Shown here piece by piece: positions 1 to 8,442 of a DNA stretch of 64,000 nt. The position numbers and the translations under genes are program-made. Under the pieces are notes generated by a model. It did not search any database. It was not told the origin of the DNA and saw only the letters and a program-made list of their open reading frames with translations. Source of the stretch: Abditibacterium sp. (lineage in GTDB: Bacteria; Armatimonadota; Abditibacteriia; Abditibacteriales; Abditibacteriaceae). Location: assembly GCA_965246885.1 (NCBI GenBank), contig OZ251992.1, forward strand, positions 3,200,001-3,264,000, in the 5' to 3' direction. Numbering within the stretch: the first letter of the stretch is position 1; the number at the start of each line of letters is the position of its first letter.

Positions 1-40
1 CCATCCAGTCAAATCCACCGCGCGCGCCACCAAGGACTCC

Positions 41-1603
41 GTGATTCAACCGACCCTATTGATGTGGGCGGCGTTGGCATTATTGCTCGCATTGGGAAGC
101 GCCGTCGGCGTTTTCGCGTTTTTCGAGAGATCGAAGAAGGAAGCGGCGCTGCTGTTAGCCAGCGTTGCGCACGAACAACTCGCAGCCAAAGAAGCCGACC
201 TCGCCCGCCGCACCAAAGAACTCCAGTTAGAAGCCCGCGACGAGATGCAGCGCGAACTTTCGCGCTTGCGCGAACTCATCGAACAGGAAGCCGCCGCCCG
301 CCGCGCCGAACTGAAGGAGTCCGAAGCCCGCATCCGCGAGCGCGAAGCACACCTCGAACGAAGGTCTAAGACGCTCGATGGCCGCGAGAAATCCCTCGGC
401 GCCAAGGAGAACGAACTCGACGGGCGCCTCTTGGAAGTCGCCAATCTCGCGCAGCAACGCGTCGAAGAGTTGCACCGCGTCGCTGCCCTCAACCCCGCCG
501 ACGCGCGGGAATTGGTCTTGTCGCGCGTCGAAACCGAGTCGCGCGCGGCGATGGCGGGGGTCGCCGCCCGCATCGAAGAGCGCGCCCGCGAGGACGCTGA
601 AGAGCGCGCCCGCAAAATACTCGCGCTCGCCATCCAACGCTGCGCCGTTGACCAAACCGCCGAAACCGCCGTTTCGGTCGTGGTCTTGCCGAGCGAGGAT
701 TTGAAGGGCCGCATCATCGGGCGCGAGGGGCGCAACATCCGCACCTTCGAGCAACTGTCTGGGACGGATTTAATCATTGACGACACGCCCGAAGCCGTCA
801 TGGTGTCGTGCTTCGACCCCGTGCGCCGCGAGATCGCCCGCACCGCGCTGTCCAACCTCGTCAACGACGGGCGCATCCACCCCGCGCGCATTGAAGAAAC
901 CCTTGTTCGCGCCGAGGGCGAAGTCAACCAAAAGATGCGCGAGGCCGCCGACCGCGCCTCAGCCGAAGCGAACGTGCGGCTTTCCAAGCCCGTCTTGGAA
1001 GTGTTCGGCAAACTGCTTTACCGCACGAGCTACGGGCAGAACATCCTCCAGCACAGCGTCGAAATGGCGAAGATTGCCGCGTCGATCGCCGCCGAACTGG
1101 GCGCTGATGTGCAGGTCGCCAAGCGCGCCGCCCTGCTCCACGACATCGGCAAAGCCCTCGACCACAACCACGAGGGCACGCACGTTGACTTGGGAGTGGA
1201 ACTCTTGAAGCGGCACCGCGAAAGCGACGCCGTCGTGCGCGCGGCGGGCGAGCATCACCTCGACGTCGGACAGATGAGCAGCCTCGAATCCGTCATTGTG
1301 CAAATCGCCGACATGATTTCCAGTTCGCGCCCCGGCGCGCGCCGCGAAAACGTCGAGATTTACATCAAGCGCCTTGAGTTGCTGGAGCGCATCGCCGATT
1401 CGTTCCCCGGCGTCGAGAAGTCCTTCGCCATCCAAGCGGGCCGCGAAGTGCGCATCGTCGTCAAGCCCGACCAAGTGGACGACCTCGCCGCTCTGCGTTT
1501 GGCGCGCGACGTGGCCCAGCGCGTGCAAGACGAAATGACTTACCCCGGCGAAATCCGTGTGACTGTTATCCGCGAAACCCGCGCCACCGACGTGGCCCGA
1601 TAG
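41..1603 (+). CDS. rny: Ribonuclease Y
   Basis: N-terminal TM helix, coiled coil, KH motif (KGRIIGREGRNIR), HD motif (LLHDIGK), C-terminal AIQAGREVR. Confidence 0.97.
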   Translation: MIQPTLLMWAALALLLALGSAVGVFAFFERSKKEAALLLASVAHEQLAAKEADLARRTKELQLEARDEMQRELSRLRELIEQEAAARRAELKESEARIREREAHLERRSKTLDGREKSLGAKENELDGRLLEVANLAQQRVEELHRVAALNPADARELVLSRVETESRAAMAGVAARIEERAREDAEERARKILALAIQRCAVDQTAETAVSVVVLPSEDLKGRIIGREGRNIRTFEQLSGTDLIIDDTPEAVMVSCFDPVRREIARTALSNLVNDGRIHPARIEETLVRAEGEVNQKMREAADRASAEANVRLSKPVLEVFGKLLYRTSYGQNILQHSVEMAKIAASIAAELGADVQVAKRAALLHDIGKALDHNHEGTHVDLGVELLKRHRESDAVVRAAGEHHLDVGQMSSLESVIVQIADMISSSRPGARRENVEIYIKRLELLERIADSFPGVEKSFAIQAGREVRIVVKPDQVDDLAALRLARDVAQRVQDEMTYPGEIRVTVIRETRATDVAR

Positions 1604-1619
1604 TTCGCCTCTTTCCAAG

Positions 1620-1690
1620 AACCCAGAGCGTGAGCGACGGGCACGCCCATCAGTGACGGTGCGGCGTGCCCGTCGCTCACGCTCTGGGTT
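1620..1690. repeat. Perfect 28-bp inverted repeat (REP-doublet-like hairpin; may also act as terminator)
   Basis: AACCCAGAGCGTGAGCGACGGGCACGCC (1620-1647) and its exact reverse complement (1663-1690), 15-nt loop, followed by TTT. Confidence 0.9.
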
Positions 1691-1770
1691 TTTAAACCCT
1701 CTAAGCGGCTTGTGTGCTAAACAAAAGCCGACATTATTCCGCAGCCGCCCCAATCCATCGCCGCCCACTT

Positions 1771-2034
1771 ATGCAGACCTTGCGCGTTTCCGCCAAATCG
1801 AAGCCCAACACCGTCGCCGGAGCCATCGCGGGCGTCATCCGCGAGGACGGCCAAGTCGAAGTGCAAACCGTCGGCGCCGCCGCGCTCAACCAAGCCGTCA
1901 AAGCCATCGCCATCGCGCGCGGCTTTCTCATCTCCAGCGGCACCGACCTCGTGTGCGTCCCCTCGTTTTCCGACATCGAAATAGACGGCAACGAACGCAC
2001 CGCCATCCGCCTCCTCGTCACACCGAGGAAGTAA
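1771..2034 (+). CDS. spoVS: Stage V sporulation protein S family (SpoVS)
   Basis: MQTLRVSAKSKPNTVAGAIAG...GAAALNQAVKAIAIARGF...ERTAI signature; ATG at 1771. Confidence 0.95.
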   Translation: MQTLRVSAKSKPNTVAGAIAGVIREDGQVEVQTVGAAALNQAVKAIAIARGFLISSGTDLVCVPSFSDIEIDGNERTAIRLLVTPRK

Positions 2035-2043
2035 AACGCCCTC

Positions 2044-2520
2044 ATGGTGCCGCTCGACCCCGCCCAACGCCGATTGTTCTGGCAAGGATTCTGGGTGAGC
2101 GTGGCATTTCGCTATTTCGCTTATGCATTGGGCTTCGCTTTGTATGAGGTCGCGTTCTCACTGCCTATATCGCGCGGTTTGATTTCGGGGGTTGCTTGGG
2201 TTCCCATATTCCTCAGCCTCTCATGGGCACCTTTTATCATCCCGTTTCTGGCAGGCTTCCTCGCCGCTTACTTTTGGCGCGGGATTCCTTGGAACGCTGA
2301 CGGCAAGAGTCTCTCGTCAGCGATTTTGTGGAGTGCCGCCGCTTTTCTACCGTACATCATTGCGTGTTGCTTGGGGTTATTTCTCTTGATTACATATTTT
2401 GCGTGGGCGGTGTCGACTGCGGAATCAAGTTCTGGGACAGCCGCCAAGGGCGCCAGTTCTTCGGCGACTTTTCCACGCGCGACGAGGGCGAAGACGACGC
2501 TTGAGGCTACCGCGCTTTGA
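2044..2520 (+). CDS. Hypothetical membrane protein, possibly frameshifted near 2397-2400
   Basis: Several hydrophobic segments; the 3' end reads more protein-like in the -1 frame ending at TGA 2504. Confidence 0.55.
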   Translation: MVPLDPAQRRLFWQGFWVSVAFRYFAYALGFALYEVAFSLPISRGLISGVAWVPIFLSLSWAPFIIPFLAGFLAAYFWRGIPWNADGKSLSSAILWSAAAFLPYIIACCLGLFLLITYFAWAVSTAESSSGTAAKGASSSATFPRATRAKTTLEATAL

Positions 2521-3796
2521 CCGCGACGCGCTCTAATCGCTCGAAGAAGTCGGGGAAGGTTTTGGCGACGCAGCCGGGGTCGCGGATTTCGATGCCGGGA
2601 GAGCGCAGGCCGGTGATGGCGAAACTCATCGCCATGCGGTGGTCGTCGTAGGTTTTGATGGCGGCGCGCTTGAGTTTTTTGGCGGGGTGGATGAGTAGCC
2701 CATCGGGGCGCTCTTCGACGCGCACGCCGAGGCGCGAAAGCTCGGTCGTCAGGGCGCTCAGGCGGTCGGTTTCTTTGCCCCGGATGTGGGCGACATCCGT
2801 AATCTCGACGGGCGCATCGGCGAAGGGGGCAATCGCCGCGAGCGTCATCACCGTGTCGGACACGGCGTTCATGTCGAAACTGCCGCCGCGTAGCGCGCCG
2901 TTGGCGGGGCCGACGACTTCAATGAAGTGCTTGCCCTTTTTGACGGCGCAGCCCATCGCGGCGAGGATGTCCACGAAGCCGACATCGCCTTGCAGGGCGC
3001 CCTTGCCGAGGTTCTTGACACGAATCTTGCCGCCCGTGAGCGCCGCCGCCGCGAAAAAGTAGCTTGCGCCCGAAGCGTCCGGCTCGATTTGATACTTCTC
3101 CTGCGCCGTGAAGCTCTGCCCACCGGGGATGTGGAAGCGCTCCAAGTTCTCCTGCTCGCTTCGGGCGCCCCATTGAGCGAGCATGGCGAGCGTCATTTCA
3201 ACGTAGGGCTTGGAAAAGAGCGGGCCTTCGATGGCGATGTCCAGCCCGTCGCGCGTCTTGGGGCCGATAAGCAGAAGCGCCGAGAGGAACTGGCTCGAAG
3301 CGTCGCCGCGAATCGAAACGCGCCCTCCGTCTAACCCGTGCGCCCCGATTTCGAGGGGCAAGCACTCGTTGGCGCTCCAGATGTGCGCGCCGAGGGTTCG
3401 GAGCGCGCCTAACAGGTCGCCGATGGGACGCGCCCTCATGCGCGGCACGCCGTCGAGGTGCCACGTCCCTTGCCCCAAGCACAGCGCCGCCGTCAAGAAG
3501 CGCACGGCAGTTCCGGCGTTGCCCAGAAACAGTTCGCCCTCGCCCGCAAAGCGCCCGCCCCGCCCGTCCACCTCGAACCATTCCTTGGCCGCGTCCGAGC
3601 GCACCGGCACTCCCAGTTGAAGCAGCGCCTGACTCATGTAATGCGTGTCGTCCGAAAACAGCGCGCCTTCCAACCGCGACGTGCCTTCGCACAGCGCCGC
3701 CAAAAGCAGCGCGCGGTTGGTGATGGATTTGGAGCCGGGCACGCGCACCGTCGCATCAACGGGCCGCGCGACGGGATGGATGAGGAGATTGGACAC
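2507..3796 (-). CDS. aroA: 3-phosphoshikimate 1-carboxyvinyltransferase (EPSP synthase)
   Basis: PGSKSITNR, LGNAGTAVR, SSQFLSALL, RGKETDR, DDHRMAM motifs. Confidence 0.97.
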   Translation of the reverse strand: MSNLLIHPVARPVDATVRVPGSKSITNRALLLAALCEGTSRLEGALFSDDTHYMSQALLQLGVPVRSDAAKEWFEVDGRGGRFAGEGELFLGNAGTAVRFLTAALCLGQGTWHLDGVPRMRARPIGDLLGALRTLGAHIWSANECLPLEIGAHGLDGGRVSIRGDASSQFLSALLLIGPKTRDGLDIAIEGPLFSKPYVEMTLAMLAQWGARSEQENLERFHIPGGQSFTAQEKYQIEPDASGASYFFAAAALTGGKIRVKNLGKGALQGDVGFVDILAAMGCAVKKGKHFIEVVGPANGALRGGSFDMNAVSDTVMTLAAIAPFADAPVEITDVAHIRGKETDRLSALTTELSRLGVRVEERPDGLLIHPAKKLKRAAIKTYDDHRMAMSFAITGLRSPGIEIRDPGCVAKTFPDFFERLERVAVKAR

Positions 3797-3826
3797 GGGA
3801 CGTTCGGGAGAGTTTGCCAGCGTACG

Positions 3827-4675
3827 CTAAAACCCCCGCCGCTCCCGCGCGGCGGCTTCGAGCCACGCTTCCAAACCGTCGCGGTCGCGCGCGGCGACGA
3901 GGGCGCGCAGTGTGTCCAATTCCCCGGCGAACCCGGCGAGGGCGGCTTCAATGGCGGGCGCGTTGTCAAGACAAATATCGCGCCACATTTCGGCGCTGCC
4001 TGCCGCGACGCGGGTGGAATCCCGCCAGCCGCTTGCCACCAAGTCGGCGATGACTGGGGCGCCTGCTTTGGCGCGCAGGAACGAGTGCACGAGCGCCGAA
4101 GCCGTCAAGTGCGGCAGGTGCGACGAGACGGCGAGCAAGCAGTCGTGTTCATCGGGCGCCATTTCGAGGGGACGGGCGCCCAGTTTTTCGGCCAAGGCGC
4201 GCATTTGTCCGAGGGCAATGGCGTCGGTGCGCGGTGTGGGCGTGAGAATCCAGACGGCGCCCTCGAACAAATCGGCGCGCGCGGCGCCGGGGCCGGACTC
4301 GGCACTTCCTGCCATCGGGTGCCCGCCCACGAAATGCGCGTCGGGAAAGAGCGGCTCGCACCCTTTCACCACGCGCGCTTTGGTCGAGCCGCCGTCAGAC
4401 ACGAGGCACCCCGGCGCAACGACGGGCGCGATTTGAGCGCACAACGCGGCCATCTGGCCAACGGGCGAGGCGAGAAAGACGAAGTCCGCGCCCGTCGCGG
4501 CTTCAACGGCGTCGGTTGTGACATCATCGCACACCCCCATTTCAAGGGCAACGCGCAGCGTTTCTTCGCGCCGCGCCACCCCGACGACGTGCCGCGCCAA
4601 GCCGCGCCCCTTGAGCGCGAGGCCGAGCGAGCCGCCGATTAACCCGACGCCGATGACCGCGACTTTTTGGAACAT
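3827..4675 (-). CDS. tyrA: Prephenate/arogenate dehydrogenase
   Basis: GVGLIGGS Rossmann motif, DGGSTK, GGHPMAG, EHD...SHLPH. Confidence 0.93.
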   Translation of the reverse strand: MFQKVAVIGVGLIGGSLGLALKGRGLARHVVGVARREETLRVALEMGVCDDVTTDAVEAATGADFVFLASPVGQMAALCAQIAPVVAPGCLVSDGGSTKARVVKGCEPLFPDAHFVGGHPMAGSAESGPGAARADLFEGAVWILTPTPRTDAIALGQMRALAEKLGARPLEMAPDEHDCLLAVSSHLPHLTASALVHSFLRAKAGAPVIADLVASGWRDSTRVAAGSAEMWRDICLDNAPAIEAALAGFAGELDTLRALVAARDRDGLEAWLEAAARERRGF

Positions 4676-4681
4676 AAGCGG

Positions 4682-5725
4682 TTACAGCGCGCGTCCAACG
4701 GCGGCGGCGATGGGCTTGAGCGCGGCCATCAAAGCGGCGAACTGCGCGGTGTCGAGCGTTTGTTGGCCGTCCGAAAGCGCATCTTCCGGGTGCGGATGCA
4801 CCTCGACGAGCAACCCATCGGCACCGGCGGCGACCGCAGCTTTGCTCATGGAGATGACCATGTCGCGCCGACCCGTGCCTTGGCTGGGGTCAATGATGAT
4901 AGGCAGGTGCGAGGCCTTCTTAATGGCGGGAATGGCGGACAAATCGAGGGTAAAGCGCGTCGAAGGCTCGAAGGTGCGGATGCCGCGCTCGCAAAACATC
5001 ACCCGCGCGTTGCCGCCCGCGAGGACATACTCTGCCGCCTTGAGCCACTCCTCGACCGTAGAACTAAGGCCCCGCTTGAGCAAGACGGGAGTGCGGCACT
5101 TGCCGACCTCGCGCAAGAGGTCATAGTTCTGCATGTTGCGCGCGCCGATTTGAAGGACATCGGCGAACTCGCACACTTGCTCGACCAAGGCAGGAGTCAT
5201 GACCTCGGTGATGACAGGCAAGCCCGTCACGCGGCGCGCTTCGGCCAATATCTGCAAACCTTCCAACCCCAAACCCTGAAAGTCGTAAGGCGAAGTGCGC
5301 GGTTTGTAAGCGCCGCCGCGCAAGAGGGTCGCGCCCTCGCTTTGTACTGCGGTCGCAGTATAAACGGTGTTTTCGAGGTTTTCAACGGAGCACGGCCCGG
5401 CCATCACGACCAACTTTTCGCCGCCAACTTCGACCTTTTGGGCGTCCGGGTGGTCGCCAAGAGCGAAAACGGAATCGGACGGGTGCGATTCGCGCGACAC
5501 CATCTTATAAGGTTTGGAAACGAACAGGACGCGCTCGACCCACTCGAAGGCTTGCAGTTGGGGCGCGACGAGTTCTTTCTCTTGGAGCGACGGAGCGCCC
5601 AAGGCGGCGATGATGGTGTCTTCGACGCCGCGCGTAACGTGCGACTGGTAGCCATGCTCGCTTAGTTTGTCCGCGACAGCGCCGATGTTGGCTTCGCTGG
5701 CGCCGCGTTTGAGAATGATAATCAT
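4682..5725 (-). CDS. aroF: 3-deoxy-7-phosphoheptulonate (DAHP) synthase, class I-beta with N-terminal regulatory domain
   Basis: [43 protein letters not shown]. Confidence 0.95.
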   Translation of the reverse strand: MIIILKRGASEANIGAVADKLSEHGYQSHVTRGVEDTIIAALGAPSLQEKELVAPQLQAFEWVERVLFVSKPYKMVSRESHPSDSVFALGDHPDAQKVEVGGEKLVVMAGPCSVENLENTVYTATAVQSEGATLLRGGAYKPRTSPYDFQGLGLEGLQILAEARRVTGLPVITEVMTPALVEQVCEFADVLQIGARNMQNYDLLREVGKCRTPVLLKRGLSSTVEEWLKAAEYVLAGGNARVMFCERGIRTFEPSTRFTLDLSAIPAIKKASHLPIIIDPSQGTGRRDMVISMSKAAVAAGADGLLVEVHPHPEDALSDGQQTLDTAQFAALMAALKPIAAAVGRAL

Positions 5726-5731
5726 GGGTGG

Positions 5732-6913
5732 CTATGGGGCAAGGACAGTTTGGAGCGCCGCAAGGAAGCGGTCGTTCATTTCGGGGGTGCCAACGGTGAC
5801 GCGAATCCAGTGCGACAACCCAAAAGGCGTTCCGGTGCGGACGATGACACCCTGCTTGAGCAGGTCGTTGAAGACGCGCGCCGAGTCCACGCCGATGCGG
5901 ACGAAGACGAAGTTGGCTTGCGAAGGGATGTATTCGAGACCCATCGCGTCAAAAGCGCGCTCCATTTGCTCGCGACCTTGGGCGTTGACGGCAACCGAAT
6001 GGGCGATGTGCGCTTCGTCGCTCAGGGCGGCGATAGCGGCGACTTGGGCGAGCGAGTTGACGTTGAACGGGCCGCGCACTTGTTGCAAATGAGCGATAAG
6101 CTGCGCGTTCGCCACGCCATACCCCACACGCGTTCCGGCAAGGCCGTAGGCTTTGGAGAAAGTGCGCAGCGCGAGGACGTTGTGCGACTCGATATAGTCG
6201 AGAGCGTTGGGGGTGTCGTCAGTGACGTATTGGGTGTAGGCTTCGTCCAACACGACTACAACGTGCGGGGGCATCTTGTCCAGAAAAGCCTCGAACTCGG
6301 CGCGCGAAACGATGCTTCCCGTCGGGTTGTTCGGGTTGGCGATAAAGACCAAGCGGGTGTGCTCGTTCACATGGGCGGCCATTGCGGGCAGGTCGTGGCG
6401 CAGGTCGGGCGTAAGCGGGACGGCGTGAAAGGCGCAGCCAGCCATCATCGCGCACGCTTTGTATTGCACGAACGACGGCGCGCCGAACACCACCTCATCG
6501 CCGCGTGCGCCGTCCAAAAATGCGAGCGACAGAAAGTGAATCACTTCGTCGCTGCCGTTGCCGACGACGAAGTTTTCCGGCGCCAAGCCATGATGCGCGG
6601 CGAGGGCGTTCTTGAGGGCGAAACAGGTGTCGTCGGGGTAGAGCCACACGTCGGGCGTAGCATCACGCATCGCGGCGAGGGCGAGGGGCGAGGGGCCTAA
6701 GACGTTCTCGTTGGAGGCGAGCTTGAAAAGGGAAAAATCGGGGGACAAACCCAATTCGCGCTTGACTTCTTCGATGGGCTTGCCGGGAACATAGGGCCGC
6801 AGGTGGCGCACCGCGTCGCGCACCAGCACCGCGTCGCGCACCAGCACGGCATCGGCGGCGCACGAAGCGCCCCCGATGATGTCGTCGTCTTGAAGTAGAG
6901 GGGCCGTTTGCAT
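5732..6913 (-). CDS. hisC: Histidinol-phosphate aminotransferase
   Basis: YVPGKP, KLASNEN, GNGSDE, NPNNPTG, DEAY, RTFSKAYGLAGTRVG; start uncertain (6913 or 6928). Confidence 0.93.
   Translation of the reverse strand: MQTAPLLQDDDIIGGASCAADAVLVRDAVLVRDAVRHLRPYVPGKPIEEVKRELGLSPDFSLFKLASNENVLGPSPLALAAMRDATPDVWLYPDDTCFALKNALAAHHGLAPENFVVGNGSDEVIHFLSLAFLDGARGDEVVFGAPSFVQYKACAMMAGCAFHAVPLTPDLRHDLPAMAAHVNEHTRLVFIANPNNPTGSIVSRAEFEAFLDKMPPHVVVVLDEAYTQYVTDDTPNALDYIESHNVLALRTFSKAYGLAGTRVGYGVANAQLIAHLQQVRGPFNVNSLAQVAAIAALSDEAHIAHSVAVNAQGREQMERAFDAMGLEYIPSQANFVFVRIGVDSARVFNDLLKQGVIVRTGTPFGLSHWIRVTVGTPEMNDRFLAALQTVLAP
6808..6847. repeat. Perfect 18-bp tandem duplication in the hisC 5' region
   Basis: GCACCGCGTCGCGCACCA x2 plus GCAC; encodes VLVRDA twice. 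Confidence 0.9.
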
Positions 6914-6986
6914 GGAAAAGTCGCCCATTCGAGCGGGGCCAAAGTGTAAGGAAAAGCGTCTGCCTCGGCGAAGGAGACCACCCGCT

Positions 6987-7087
6987 ATGGCGACCGAAAC
7001 TCCGTCTCACCTAACGCCCGAACAAGAAAGGAACTGGCAAATCGCCTTGCAAATCAACCGCGCAGGGCAAAGACCTCGACAAGATAC
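6987..7087 (+). pseudogene. Short gene remnant running into the palindrome
   Basis: AAGGAG at 6971-6976, ATG 6987, MATETPSHLTPEQERNWQIALQINR then reads into the inverted repeat. Confidence 0.35.
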
Positions 7088-7202
7088 GTTAGAGCGACTG
7101 AAGTCGCAGCCAGCGAGAGCGTCGGCCTTCGCCGACGGGATTTCAGTTACTGCTTCGGCGAAGGCCGACGCTCTCGCTGGCTGCGACTTCAGTCGCTCTA
7201 AC
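7088..7202. repeat. Long palindrome family A, copy 1 (48-bp perfect arms)
   Basis: Arms 7088-7135 and 7155-7202 are exact reverse complements; each arm contains a GCGACT-GA-AGTCGC hairpin and a (G)TCGGC-CTTC-GCCGA(C) hairpin. Confidence 0.95.
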
Positions 7203-7722
7203 ACTCAAATACCGGCGCATCCGGTAGCGCCAGTAAGTCCGTTACACCGCAGTCGAGGCCCAGTAGCTCCATCACTCCCGTGATTTGGCCGCGATGGTGG
7301 GTCTGGTGGTTCCAAAAGTGCGCGAGGGCAAGGGCAAAAGGCGTTTGGCGCGGCGTCGGGTTGGTCGCGGGTGTCCACGACAGTTCTCCTTCCAACTGCT
7401 CCGATGTTAGACTTCCGGCGAACTGTTCAGTTCGCCGGTCGAGCGCGCTTCGGGCGGCGCACAGTTGTTCCCAATCGGCGAAAAGCTCTATATCCAAGCC
7501 GCGAAACTCAAACGGCAGAAGCGTCTTTTGGAAGCGCGACAGCCACAGGTTGTCCGCGACGAGCAAGTGATTCCACACGCCGTGCAGCGATTGAAAAGGG
7601 ATGGAAAGCGGTTGCTTACGCGCTTCGTCGGGGAGCTTGGAACACTCCGTCAACAACTTCCCGTTCATCCACGAGTTATAGCGCGCGAAAGTGCGCTGCA
7701 TTTCCAAGGCGTCGAAGGTCAT
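7198..7722 (-). CDS. DinB family protein
   Basis: ARYNSWMN, SLHGVWNHLLVAD, HFWNHQTHHRGQ His motif; ATG at 7722. Confidence 0.9.
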   Translation of the reverse strand: MTFDALEMQRTFARYNSWMNGKLLTECSKLPDEARKQPLSIPFQSLHGVWNHLLVADNLWLSRFQKTLLPFEFRGLDIELFADWEQLCAARSALDRRTEQFAGSLTSEQLEGELSWTPATNPTPRQTPFALALAHFWNHQTHHRGQITGVMELLGLDCGVTDLLALPDAPVFEC

Positions 7723-7780
7723 GCGCTTGGGTTTAACCGAAATGGGCGCTTTGAGCGCGTTGCTTATTCCTCGCCACAGT

Positions 7781-8302
7781 TCAGCGCAAGACGGCTTGGC
7801 GGGCGCGTTTGCGCTCCAAATCGAGGCGCAGGTCGCGGGCGCCATCGCGCCCACCGCGTTCTTCGAGGGCTTGGGCGGCACTTTCCACGAGCGCGGCTAA
7901 AGTGCGGCTTTGCACGGGCGAGGCAGGAAGGGCATCCTGCGCTTCGAGTTCCATGAACATCGGAAGGGTTAGGCCAAGGCGGGCGGCAAATTCCTCGCCC
8001 GACAAATTGAGCGCGACACGCACTCGCGTGACGAGGGCGCCCGTCGCGGCGCTCATGGACGCGCCCGCGCGAATGGTGCGCGCGTCGCGGTCGTATTGCG
8101 CGCGCTTTTGCGAGTTGCCCAACACCGCGTAGGCTTCGATGATCTCTTTGATGCGCGCTTCGGCTTCGACGGGCCGATGGCGGTTGGCATCGGGGTGAAA
8201 CTCGCGCACGAGCATCCGATACGCCGCTTTGATTTGCGCCGCATCCGCCGACGACCGCACCCGTAGCGCCGCGTAAAGATCACCCTTGAAAGGGGTTGAC
8301 AT
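7781..8302 (-). CDS. J-domain (DnaJ-type) protein with putative C-terminal XRE-like helix-turn-helix
   Basis: DLYAALRV...IKAAYR...FHPDAN...IIEAYAVL...KRAQYD; then VRVALNLSGEEFAARLGLT; alternative in-frame ATG at 8422. Confidence 0.85.
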   Translation of the reverse strand: MSTPFKGDLYAALRVRSSADAAQIKAAYRMLVREFHPDANRHRPVEAEARIKEIIEAYAVLGNSQKRAQYDRDARTIRAGASMSAATGALVTRVRVALNLSGEEFAARLGLTLPMFMELEAQDALPASPVQSRTLAALVESAAQALEERGGRDGARDLRLDLERKRARQAVLR

Positions 8303-8332
8303 AAGTCTTCTCTCAAAGCACGAAATTTGCCG

Positions 8333-8422
8333 CGCGCCGTAAGAAACGGTACGCGCCAACCAACCACACGTACGCGCCAACCAACCCCACATACACGCCG
8401 ATGAACGACAGACGTCTGTCAT
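8333..8422 (-). repeat. Degenerate 21-nt tandem array (about 4 units)
   Basis: Minus-strand units gacgtctgtcgttcatcggcg / tgtatgtggggttggttggcg / cgtacgtgtggttggttggcg / cgtaccgtttcttacggcgcg. Confidence 0.8.
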
Positions 8423-8442
8423 CGCGTCGCCGGAGAAGTTTT

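Noticed and set aside
7007..7204. Small ORFs crossing family A palindromes (MLERLKSQPA.., MNSQPA..)
   Set aside because: They are by-products of the symmetric repeat, read the same on both strands and lack initiation signals.
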